Part shown: positions 1-11,300 of the stretch, piece after piece | How positions within the stretch are numbered: position 1 is the first letter of the stretch | Layout of the letters: each line of letters opens with the position of its first letter | Program-made: the position numbers and the translations under genes | Assembly: GCA_008690995.1 (NCBI GenBank) | Contig: VRMN01000014.1 | Span: 124,001-188,000 of the forward strand | Length of the DNA stretch: 64,000 nt | From: Porphyridium purpureum | Lineage: Eukaryota | Direction of reading: 5' to 3' | The notes under the pieces: model-generated | The model's database searches: none | Seen by the model: only the letters and a program-made list of their open reading frames with translations | What the model was told of the DNA's origin: nothing

Positions 1-2006
1 TCACAACGTTTCCGTCGCTGTCGACTTTCTCCTTGAGAAACATATGAGTTGGCAATATGCGCGCCCGTTTCGCTTTGATCAGTGCACAGCGATTCACTGG
101 CACCAGCGCACCGAAGCCGTTTTCCTTGTTCAATCGCGCGTCTTTGTCTTTCACCGCACGCGCTGCAAGAGCTTCGTACTTCTACAATGCTGAGCAGATC
201 GACATGTTCAACGCCAGATCTCGCCTCGTGCCCAAAACAACCATCGCTTGCTCCCTCTTTGTTTTTCCTCGTTGTCGCGAGAATCGTCCGAAATGGCAAC
301 TTTATTTCGCTTTTTGGACCGTTTTGGAGTGTCGAAAAGCTCGGGGTCTTCCGAGGCATTTTCATACTCAAACTCGCGCAATACAATATTTTGTATATAA
401 TCGGGGTCCCCGGATGGATCTACGTCTGGAAGTGCTTCGCTCCCAAATCCGAGCTCGCTCATTTAGCCGGCGTTTTTTGGTTCGGCATGTTCGACGCCGC
501 GTTCCAGCTCCTTTTCATGGCGCACGATGGCGTCAATCCTCTCCTGCAGAACGCACACTCTCTCCAGTGCTTCATTGTGCGCAATCTTACGCTTGTCCGA
601 GCCTGCGCGCACTTTCTTCTTGATTGATACGGTGATTTCGTAGCTGCGCCGCACTGGAATCGCTAGGACAGTGTCTCCTTGAATTGGCTGCGTCTGTATG
701 GGGTCAGGCACGTACTCTTGCGTTGCTGCGGTGTCCGGTACAAACTCTTGCGTTGCTGCACTTAGCGGCGCATCGTCCACAGACGACTCGGAAGCATGAA
801 TATCCTGTTCCATGTCAGTACGGTCACAGTGGTATACCGCACCGACTTCACCTGCTTCGACATGGTCCGATACAGAACCGTCCATATCCGCGGCGTCGTC
901 ATTTGCATCAGTCTCTTCATCCAATCTTGCATTATCACCGGCTTTGTCGTCACTTCCTGCCATCCTCATGCCAGAGTCCGTCATGTCGACGGGCCCGACC
1001 ATCTTACTCTCAAACCCTGACATTCGGGCGATCACTTCGTGCGGAACCGGTACCTGTGTCCAGCGCTGCCGAGCAATGGTATGCGGTGTGCCTAGGTCAC
1101 AGAACACCCAGCTGCCGGAAAGGTTCAGCACCGGATAAAGCCATATGCAACCTGTCGTGCGCGGCACTTTACCGCTGGACACGCTCTTCTGGTGAACTTG
1201 GGCACTGTCTCCAAATGCTAAAGCTCCTTTTTCGTGTCCAGCATTCTCCCAGTTACTTGCTCGTACGACGGGCTGGCCCCCTCTGTTTCAGCACAGAATA
1301 CGGTGCTCCTGGTGCCGTTTACCCTTTAGACGCGGTACTTGCACAGCGCTGCCAATAAAGTGCGGGGGAGCGGGTATGGAATCCCGCGAAGCACTGCGCG
1401 CATCTGACCTTTTACGAGCCTGCTTACGCGCTCGATTGGTTGCACCGATTCACTTCCAGCAACTAAGTCTAGTGTAAGCCCGCTCGCTTTCATCCACGGT
1501 TCCAGCGCCCGGATTCCGCTCTCTGAATCCGAGTGGAGGTGCGTAATCCTGATCCCGTGCACCCTGAGATCCGCGACTTGCTCTTGGAGAGCTCTCCTCA
1601 TCTCAACACTGCTCTTGCTGCTTACCTGCGTGAATAGTAGGTACTGCAATGGCTTGCACAGCGACACCAGAAGAATTTGACGGTTGGCGAACATCAAGTT
1701 GCAGTGGAGTGACCCAAAAGTGCTCGCCATGCTACGTGATCCCTTCGGAATGACGGCCGAAGTTTGGCCCGTCCTTTTGCCCTTCGCTGTTTCCTTCATG
1801 GGCCCCCATTTGACCTCCGCACGGCCCACGTCGCGCGTACTCACGGGGGCATTAGGCACTGCTCCCGTTCTGATCGCGTGCTTCAGATTCACAGCCGATG
1901 GGTAGGCTATCTTAAGTTCTACTTCTCTCGCCTCTCTGGCTCTAGCATTCTCCCTTGGTGAAAACTCTGCTTCTCTCTCAGCCATGGTGCCCGTCATCAG
2001 TGTCAT
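1..2006 (-). pseudogene. pol: pol remnant (integrase and N-terminus of reverse transcriptase)
   Basis: ORFs 1326-2006 and 463-1182 carry integrase core and C-terminal motifs; the copia RT N-terminal motif is at the window edge. Confidence 0.8.
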
Positions 2007-2336
2007 TTAGTGGGTGAGTGCATGTGGCCTGCGTTCGGAAACGGATGGATTTTGTGGGTAGACAAAGTCTGGGCGCATATAGAACAATATGGTCTGTTTA
2101 CCTGATTGTAGCCTACACATGTTCTGGTCCTAAGAGTAGGCTACCTTTTGTCCTTCTGCGCGCAGCTTATGCAGTGACAGCACATGGTCAATATGCCTCA
2201 CGTTTTCAACCAAGTTCTTGTCTCTGAACACATGCTCGCTTGAGCACGTATCTAGCCCAACTTCGTCCGTTGCAAAGCTCGTATCTGTGGTCATGGACTA
2301 TGCGCACCGAGTGTGATTCCTCGGCACGCCGGCCCG

Positions 2337-3514
2337 TCACTCACTGCTGCCCGACTCATCAGACGACATGTCCGTCTCGTCGATGGTCACTTTCTTGGTC
2401 GATCCCTTCACGCTGCGCTTCCGTCCAACATTCTTCTTCAGGTCCTCTACCTGCTTGCGTAGCTGCTCCAAAAGCTTGTCCATTTTCTGGACGCAATCAA
2501 CTTGGCGGTGTCCCACGAGGCCGCACTCCCAACATGCTCCTCGTTTCGGCTTCACACCGGGAGCCTCCTCCGAGCCTCGGTCATGTTCATCGTCAGATCC
2601 TGTGTCGTCGGCTGGCTTGCTTCCAGTCCTATACGTCATGCCGACAACCGTGTGTGGACGACGTGTCGGAGACTGATCACGGCTTCCCTGTAGCGCGTGC
2701 TCGTTTCCAACTTGCGCACGAAATCTGCCGTCACACGTCACTGATCCCCCGTCGTCTCGCCGACGACGCGCATCGTCGTCAGCGCCGCATCGAACCGGCC
2801 GCGAAACTTGATCACCGACTCATCGGTAAGAGCACGCAGTTCTTCGTACTGTTCCATTGAGTACTGTAAATTTACCAACGTACTATGCGAGCCGCGCGTC
2901 AGATGCGTTTCGACCACCAGGTTCAACAACCCCTTTGCGTCGCGACGCTCTTTATCCAGCTCTGCGTATCCTGGCATGGCTCTCAGAGCCGCTTTGGAGT
3001 CCGCGCTTAGCAGTCCAAGCACTAGGCCGAACACTTTCTGCCCTTTCTCGGCAAGCTCTTCTCGCTTGCGATACATAGCCTGGAGTGCTAGCTTCGCGTA
3101 CCCTTTCTCCATAAACGCAGCCATTTCGGCCGTCATGCCCTCCGTCCCCGCAAGGCTCACACGGAGGTCTGCCAAAGCAGTTGGCACATCCCTATCAGCC
3201 AGCCAGTAGTGGATGCCTAAATCGAAGAGGGTGGACAGTTCTCCAGAGAACTAGCGCAGCAAGTGAACTTTCATCGCCTCAAACCACGCCACAACCTTGT
3301 CTGCCGGCGTCGCCTCTTCGACGAAGTACCTCCAAAGAGGCAATCCCTCTACTGCGCCGCGCTCTCTTGGCGTCTTTATCGCGTGCGTGCGGGCGCCCTT
3401 GTGCTCATTGCTAAGCGCGCCGGTCCTCGTGCCGGACCTCCCGCCCCGCGGTGCCGCCAGATTGTTCCTGTAGGCCATATCTTTATGTTGTGATACTAGC
3501 CACGAGGGCAGCAT
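2337..3514 (-). pseudogene. gag: gag remnant (frameshifted) with CCHC zinc knuckle
   Basis: Split over ORFs 3251-3514, 2738-3187 and 2337-2741; CX2CX4HX4C motif in the last piece. Confidence 0.75.
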
Positions 3515-3530
3515 ATAGACTCACTTTTAT

Positions 3531-3808
3531 TGTGAATAATAAACTTTACTCGTAGGGAATAAAGATATAAACTCACTCCTAACTGTGGCTAGAAGCCGAC
3601 TATTTCTCGTCCGGTGATGAATTTCGCCATACTCTGTATAGTGCACCTTTCCGCAGCTCCGGAAGCGCGCGGGGAACTCGAGTGGCTGCTTTAAATCCGT
3701 ATCCCAACTCGTCACGGCTGGCTCCGGCGGAGACACCACAACCTACCCCCGCGATCACACACCTTCACAACGGCTGCACACAGCCAGCGTGTACAGTCGT
3801 CCTCCACA
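3531..3808 (-). repeat. Putative 5' LTR of the decayed CoDi-like copia element
   Basis: Minus strand reads TGTGGA...TTCACA, lies just upstream of gag, and is homologous to ~19580-19852. Confidence 0.6.
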
Positions 3809-4249
3809 ATTCCTCTTAGATGATTTTTATGCATCGCACTTTACTGCCGAACCGCATGGCAACACTCCCACGCAACCAAAATCACTAATTTTTACCATGC
3901 TTGGTAAATATCTTTGCACAGCAAAACATCAAGTGTTGATATGCTATTGACTTTTAGAAGTTTTCAGACGATGTTATACTCTGCGCAGGGAGAGTTGGTC
4001 CTTGACTACTTACCACTCCTTTGGTCAGGAGACCAGCGTGCATTCCCTCAGTTGCCATGTGTTCGACTAAAATGACCCCATGAATAAATCTTTCTCGTGG
4101 AAAGAAATTGTGAGACCAACATGATGTAAGTTACTCTAGGGTTACTCTTAAACATCCTTTTACAAGAAAACTTCCCAAAAACTTCATTGATCCTTGATTG
4201 TCCGTGGGCGCTTGCGATGGAATTTCTCAAGGTTGGGTCGGAAGTGTAC

Positions 4250-5995
4250 AAAGTTGACATCGAAACCATTGTGCTTATTTGCGTGTCCCTAATAATGCTA
4301 TAGATACTATGGGGATCTTTCGTTCAAACTGTTACGTTTGTTTGCAGTTTGGACTTCCGTGAGATTGCTCCTCAATCCGAAATAATAGAAAATCCAGTCG
4401 TTGATCTTCTGGATCTTTCTCCAGCACAGTCTGCATCTGCATAAACTTGACTACTTTTCGTAGACATAGTAGGATAAGTCAGATCGCAATCTAGAGTTCC
4501 CTTTGGATACCGTGTACCCCTTTCGCAACTTGCACGTGTCATTCGATTAACAGGACGTCTATGACAAGGAGTCCCACCAAACAGGGGAATATTTTGTCAA
4601 GTGCAAAAATTTATGTACATGAAAGCATCCAAGGTATCGATGCATGGAGAACAAAAAAATGAATAAATAAATTGGTAGGCCTGGACTCCAGTGCGGCATA
4701 TTCCAACTTTAGGTGTATTTTACGGATTTCATGCCTCCATTCTAAATGTTCCAAAATAATCTATTTACTACATTTGAGAATGAATCAGTACTCAATTCAT
4801 TCGGTGGCATTTGAATCATATCCGGTAAATCCTAGCTTCGAGCCTTCTCCAAAAGTATAAATTTTATATTTTTTCACAAGATAACAGCTGTGCTGTTTCA
4901 CAAATTTCGTGAGTATGTACTGACAGGCAATTGAGACATCAAGATTGAAGCCCTATACGTTAACTTCCTGAAGACCTATGGAACTGTTTCGAGGGCAGAG
5001 AGTACCGCGCTTCATACAGAACCTTGCACAAAATTTCAATCCAGGCACGCGAGACTTGCATACATTTTCAACTTGTCTTTCCCAATTTCAGGTTTTACTT
5101 TCTCAGGCACTAATTCTGTCACACTGTTGCATGATAACATCCTTTTGCAGAATATCATTTCGGAATACTATGGTGTCGCCGACCGAAAATGCATGCTTTT
5201 CTTTTGTAGCATGATCAACTAAATTTGTTCATCCCTCTTTGGCGTGTTGCCGCACTGATCGATGAATTCTCGCGATGGCATGCTGCAGCATTGATTATAT
5301 CATCGAGTGGCATCCCCAGCCTCTGTGAAAATTCGTTCTTGCCCAGCTTGCCTTTATACCAATCCATGATTGCCGCAGCATGAAAGTTCGCTTTGGTGCC
5401 TCGCTTGGATTCGGCAAAACTTAAATGATTTAAAGATTTAAAGATCTTTTGACAATGTATACTCTCTTTATCAGTGTCTTAAGGTCTTTACCAAATAAAT
5501 TTCTGCATTGAGTTGCACATCTCTTAGGAAGAATTTTCTTGTGGGAATCTGATTTAATGATTTCATGTGTAGCAATAGTAGCAGTTGTATTACCCAGCCA
5601 GTCGGCTTCACAAGACGGTAAAGACTTGGAATCGTAATCTATGTGGCCACTAGGTTTTTTTAACTTTCATCGAATCTTGGACGCCGAAATTATTTAATCC
5701 GAAAGTCCATCTACTTTCTCTGGCAATTCGCATTATTTTGAATTTTCTTAGTTTTTAATTGACAGTTGCCAGGTACCAGAGGCTTTCAAAGTAAATCGAT
5801 AAAATTACGACAGGCTTTTTGATCCTAACAGAGATCTTCCGGAAACCAGCCATTCGTATTTGAGATTCGTTCCATCGTACCGTTGGCGGCTCGCGTGCTC
5901 ACAATCATTCAGTAAACCTTGACAATTTATGGTATTGTTTCATTCTCCATCGTGGACTATTTTTCAACGTGTGGTTCAGTTGTGGACGGAATGGT
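4250..5995 (+). pseudogene. Ancient, heavily decayed copia pol relic (left half); the target of the young copia insertion
   Basis: AT-rich. Residual translations KSDRNLEF (~4475, like RSDxGGEF), SINRTSMTRS (~4542, like ERMNRTL) and SWTIFQRVVQLWTE (~5950, like SWKSxxQxxVAxST) occur in copia order. Confidence 0.45.
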
Positions 5996-6303
5996 TGTTA
6001 TGAATCCAGGGTTTCGGTAGATTCCCTCTCCAGGTAAAGTAGTAATACCATGGGGAATGTTTCAGCTCCAACTTTCTGTATTTCTCCAACTTATAGTAAA
6101 TTAGGGTTTTTGCCCTGGAGGTACAGTTGGCAATCTCACTAGTGAAAGCACTACGATTGCCTATATAAAGAGCTTAGCGATGGCCGAGGCTCGGAGTCCC
6201 CGGATGACAAAAGGTAAGGTTAGTTGCAAGGGCGACGAAGGGGACACGCAACTGCGTTAGTGACGAGTCACAAAGACTCCCCGATACATCAGACCTTTTA
6301 ATA
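5996..6303 (+). repeat. Outer 5' LTR (308 bp)
   Basis: TGTTATGAAT...TTTTAATA; lacks the 18-bp internal duplication found in the other three LTRs; has TATATAAAG. Confidence 0.95.
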
Positions 6304-6307
6304 GGTT

Positions 6308-8042
6308 ATGAGCCTAGACGCGATGGCGTTTACGTTTGATGCGTCGAAGCTGTCCGCGCTTGCGAACGGCGTGGAAAAGTTCAATGGCGAGAATTACGAC
6401 ATTTGGGCACGCCGCACGAAGCTCGCGTTGCGTGTGGTGAAGCTGTGGCCCGTCGTTGCGGGGATGGTCGTTCGCCCATCGTCGTCGTCGCGTGCAACTG
6501 CCGGGATGACGGCAGAAGAGTGGGACGATGCGGACCTGGCGGGACAGTTCTTTCTGTCCGGGGTCTTGGAGAACAGGTACGACCGTCTCGTCCGCGATAA
6601 GTCGTCGGCGGACGGTTGGTCCGCGGTGGCGAATTATGCGCACGATCAACTGTCGGCGCAGAAGTTCGCGTTTCGCATGGCGCTGGAGCGCATTGTCCAG
6701 AACAAGAACGAGGCAATGGCCGAGTACTTGGATCGCGGAATCGGTCTGTGGGACAAGCTTGTCTCGATCGGTGAGCAAGTTCCCGAGGACCATGTCGTGC
6801 GTTATCTGGTGATCGGGCTCCGCAAGGAGTTTCAGGGGTCGAAGGACTACCTGCTGCATTCGGCGCCCACGGTCTCCGCAGCTCGGCTGCAACTGCTCCA
6901 GCTGGAGGCCGGAAAAGCGCTCGAGCGCACGTTGGCAGATGAGCCCCCGCCCATCGCAATGGCGGTGTCCCAGCGTCCGCAGCAACAGCAGCGTGATCGC
7001 TCAGCGGGTGTCGTGAAGACGGCACTCGTCAAGGAGAACCTGAAGTGTGGCTACTGCCACAAGGTTGGGCACGAGACGAAGCGTTGCTTTAAGCGCAAGA
7101 ATGACTTGCGTGACAAGGCTGCTGGTGCGAGTGGCGCAGCAGACCCGGAGGCAGTGAAACGCGGCATCGGAAAGCCGAATGCGCGGGTGAATGTGGTTCA
7201 GGTAAAAACCAAGGTGACGAAACCACCGGCTCCGGCGGCAAAGGCAGCCATTGAGCCAGGTTGGATGTCGTGGGAGGCCTACGCGAATAGCGTTGCGGGA
7301 AGGGGCGTGGTGCCAAAAGGCCCTTCTCTGGATATCCGCATGATTAGCCCCCCAGCGACCCCTGCACCAATCAATAAAGCCACCACTTCCATCTATGCCA
7401 TCTGTGTCTCTGTTGTGCCCCACAAGCACAAGTCGCACAAATGGATGTTCGATTCTGGATCGGACAGACATATCACTTGGGATAGGTCTATTCTAATGAA
7501 TGAAAGACCTTCTGATGAATCACTTGTTACTGTTGCCAACGGGGAACATGTTGAAGTTTCATTGATGGGTGATGTCATGCTCAAAACAATTATTCAAGAC
7601 AAGTTTAATGACTTGCGTCTTGAAAATGTTTTGTTGATCGAAAGCACACCCATAAATCTCCTTTCGACAAAGGTCGCAGCGAGAAAGGGCTGTGTCTTCA
7701 AACACGATGATAGTTCATCTGTTTTGCATTTTGGGTCAGATGGGCCCGTCCTAGCGGTTGGGGATGGTGATTTAATGATCAAACTATCCGCCGCTAGAAT
7801 AAATGCAATCACAGCTTCAAATAAGTTTGAGCTATTTCACCGTCGACTTGGTCATCCTGGACTTGCTGGTCTGAAAAATACGCAAAATTGTGTACAGGGA
7901 ATTCCCGCGGACTTAAAAGTTCCGGATGAATACCATTGTGTGATTTGCCAAAAGGCAAAGGGAACACGAACTCCCTTTAAGAAGCGGAAATTGAATTCCA
8001 TTTCGGCGGTTCCGGGAGAAGTCCTTCATACTGATGTATGCG
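6308..8042 (+). pseudogene. 5' half of the outer gag-pol (gag, protease, GAG-pre-integrase), truncated by the nested insertion
   Basis: Nearly identical to 8372-10106; ends at HTDVC where the inner LTR begins. Confidence 0.95.
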
Positions 8043-8367
8043 TGTTATGAATCCAGGGTTTCGGTAGATTCCCTCCCCAGGTAAAGTAGTAATACCATGG
8101 GGAATGTTTCAGCTCCAACTTTCTGTATTTCTCCAACTTTCTGTATTTCTCCAACTTATAGTAAATAAGGGTTTTTGCCCTGGAGGTACAGTTGGCAATC
8201 TCACTAGTGAAAGCACTACGATTGCCTATATGAAGAGCTTAGCGATGGCCGAGGCTCGGAGTCCCCGGATGACGAAGGTAAGGTTAGTTGCAAGGGCGAC
8301 GAAGGGGACACGCAACTGCGTTAGTGACAAGTCACAAAGACTCCCCGATACATCAGACCTTTTAATA
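8043..8367 (+). repeat. Inner 5' LTR (325 bp)
   Basis: TGTTAT...TAATA; direct repeat of 12689-13013 and 15601-15925. Confidence 0.97.
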
Positions 8368-8380
8368 GGTTATGAGCCCA
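8368..8380 (+). promoter_or_regulatory. Primer-binding site complementary to the anticodon arm of initiator tRNA-Met (half-tRNA priming)
   Basis: GGTTATGAGCCCA directly after the LTR is the reverse complement of TGGGCTCATAACC; same type as Drosophila copia and Ty5. The outer copy has it at 6304-6314. Confidence 0.85.
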
Positions 8381-11300
8381 GACGCGATGGCGTTTACGTT
8401 TGATGCGTCGAAGCTGTCCGCGCTTGCGAACGGCGTGGAAAAGTTCAATGGCGAGAATTACGACATTTGGGCACGCCGCACGAAGCTCGCGTTGCGTGTG
8501 GTGAAGCTGTGGCCCGTCGTTGCGGGGATGGTCGTTCGCCCATCGTCGTCGTCGCGTGCAACTACCGGGATGACGGCAGAAGAGTGGGACGATGCGGACC
8601 TGGCGGGACAGTTCTTTCTGTCCGGGGTCTTGGAGAACAGGTACGACCGTCTCGTCCGCGATAAGTCGTCGGCGGACGGTTGGTCCGCGGTGGCGAATTA
8701 TGCGCACGATCAACTGTCGGCGCAGAAGTTCGCGTTTCGCATGGCGCTGGAGCGCATTGTCCAGAACAAGAACGAGGCAATGGCCGAGTACTTGGATCGC
8801 GGAATCGGTCTGTGGGACAAGCTTGTCTCGATCGGTGAGCAAGTTCCCGAGGACCATGTCGTGCGTTATCTGGTGATCGGGCTCCGCAAAGAGTTTCAGG
8901 GGTCGAAGGACTACCTGCTGCATTCGGCGCCCACGGTCTCCGCAGCTCGGCTGCAACTGCTCCAGCTGGAGGCCGGAAAAGCGCTCGAGCGCACGTTGGC
9001 AGATGAGCCCCCGCCCATCGCAATGGCGGTGTCCCAGCGTCCGCAGCAACAGCAGCGTGATCGCTCAGCGGGTGTCGTGAAGACGGCACTCGTCAAGGAG
9101 AACCTGAAGTGTGGCTACTGCCACAAGGTTGGGCACGAGACGAAGCGTTGCTTTAAGCGCAAGAATGACTTGCGCGACAAGGCTGCTGGTGCGAGTGGCG
9201 CAGCAGACCCGGAGGCAGTGAAACGCGGCATCGGAAAGCCGAATGCGCGGGTGAATGTGGTTCAGGTAAAAACCAAGGTGACGAAACCACCGGCTCCGGC
9301 GGCAAAGGCAGCCATTGAGCCAGGTTGGATGTCGTGGGAGGCCTACGCGAATAGCGTTGCGGGAAGGGGCGTGGTGCCAAAAGGCCCTTCTCTGGATATC
9401 CGCATGATTAGCCCCCCAGCGACCCCTGCACCAATCAATAAAGCCACCACTTCCATCTATGCCATCTGTGTCTCTGTTGTGCCCCACAAGCACAAGTCGC
9501 ACAAATGGATGTTCGATTCTGGATCGGACAGACATATCACTTGGGATAGGTCTATTCTAATGAATGAAAGACCTTCTGATGAATCACTTGTTACTGTTGC
9601 CAACGGGGAACATGTTGAAGTTTCATTGATGGGTGATGTCATGCTCAAAACAATTATTCAAGACAAGTTTAATGACTTGCGTCTTGAAAATGTTTTGTTG
9701 ATCGAAAGCACACCCATAAATCTCCTTTCGACAAAGGTCGCAGCGAGAAAGGGCTGTGTCTTCAAACACGATGATAGTTCATCTGTTTTGCATTTTGGGT
9801 CAGATGGGCCCGTCCTAGCGGTTGGGGATGGTGATTTAATGATCAAACTATCCGCCGCTAGAATAAATGCAATCACAGCTTCAAATAAGTTTGAGCTATT
9901 TCACCGTCGACTTGGTCATCCTGGACTTGCTGGTCTGAAAAATACGCAAAATTGTGTACAGGGAATTCCCGCGGACTTAAAAGTTCCGGATGAATACCAT
10001 TGTGTGATTTGCCAAAAGGCAAAGGGAACACGAACTCCCTTTAAGAAGCGGAAATTGAATTCCATTTCGGCGGTTCCGGGAGAAGTCCTTCATACTGATG
10101 TATGCGGACCACTCACTCCTTCGAGTTTTGACGACCATCGATATTTTCTAGTTGTCGTCGACGAATGCTCAAGTTTGAGTGTCGTCCACTTGCTCGAGCG
10201 AAAAAGTGAAGCGGGTGAAATGTTACTGCGCACACTTAAATATCTCGAAACGACTCTTGGTGCAAAGGCAAAAAGAGTTCGGTCCGACAAAGGTGGCGAA
10301 TTCGCAAGCCTTTATGTGCAAAGGCATCTCCAAGACTCTGGAATTACTTGGGAAAATACCTCTGCTTACACGCCAGAACTTAATGGTATGGCTGAACGCA
10401 TGAATCGGACATTACTCGAAAAGGTTCGAAGCTTATTGTTTGATAGTAATCTACCTTTGGAAAATTGGAGTAATGCTTTGTTGACTGCGAATTATTTGCG
10501 AAATCGCATTTCAAATAATCGCGGGAAAACGCCGATAGAAATTGCATTCAGGCAAAGGCCAGATCTCAGCAATCTCAGAATCTACGGATCGAGAGCGTTT
10601 GTTCATATTCCTAAGCAATTGCGAGGAAAACTAGAAACAAGATCTGCAATTGGATGCTTGGTCGGTTATGGAAATGTCCATTCCGTTTATCGCATTCTTC
10701 TATCGGATGGCACGGTCGTTGAAAGTCGAAATGTCACTTTCGATGAGTCTGTCGTTGGAATAGATGTTCATGAACATGAAATCCACGATTCGGAATATTT
10801 TTCCAACTTCGATAAAATTGTCGAAGAGTTGTTTCCAAAAGATTTCTCGAAGTCGTTTGATGAAAAGTCTCAAATCGCGTCAAAAAATTTTGAAACAGAT
10901 TCCACTCGACAAATGGATGATCGCAGTCAGGAATATTCTATTTCAAATGAAATCGGAGAAACGTTTCTGGAAAAAGTTCAGAATAATTCGAAAGATTTAG
11001 GGTTCCAAAAAGCTCCAAATGGAAACTTTGGGAATACTGAGGATGACGAAAGTCAAGACAGTGGATATGTCGCAAATCAATTCGTTGGAATAATTTCCAC
11101 CGTTTCTGAACCTCGGTCAGTCGAAGAAGCACTAAAGGGTGACTTCTCTGAGCAATGGCTGGAAGCTCTGAATAGAGAATTGGAATCTCTCACTGGCAAC
11201 TGCACGTGGGAGCTCGTCGATCGTCCACAGGACCGAATTCCTGTCAGATGCAAATGGGTTTTTAAGATCAAATATAATGTCAACGGACAAATTGATCGGT

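Larger units (their letters stand above)
1..3808 (-). mobile_element. Decayed Ty1/copia LTR retrotransposon (CoDi-like lineage), runs off the left edge of the window
   Basis: Minus-strand order is LTR (3531-3808), gag with zinc knuckle CWECGLVGHRQVDC, integrase (LHCNLMFAN, HLHSDSESG, IERVSRLVK, RWTQVPVPHEVIARM), then the RT start (ILPTHMFLKEKVDSDG at ~1-60). INT before RT is copia order. Multiple stops and frameshifts. Confidence 0.85.

Noticed and set aside
8104..8403. ~95-aa ORFs repeated in the copia LTRs (MFQLQLSVFLQ...)
   Set aside because: They are LTR sequence; the frame is altered in the outer 5' LTR and there is no protein motif.
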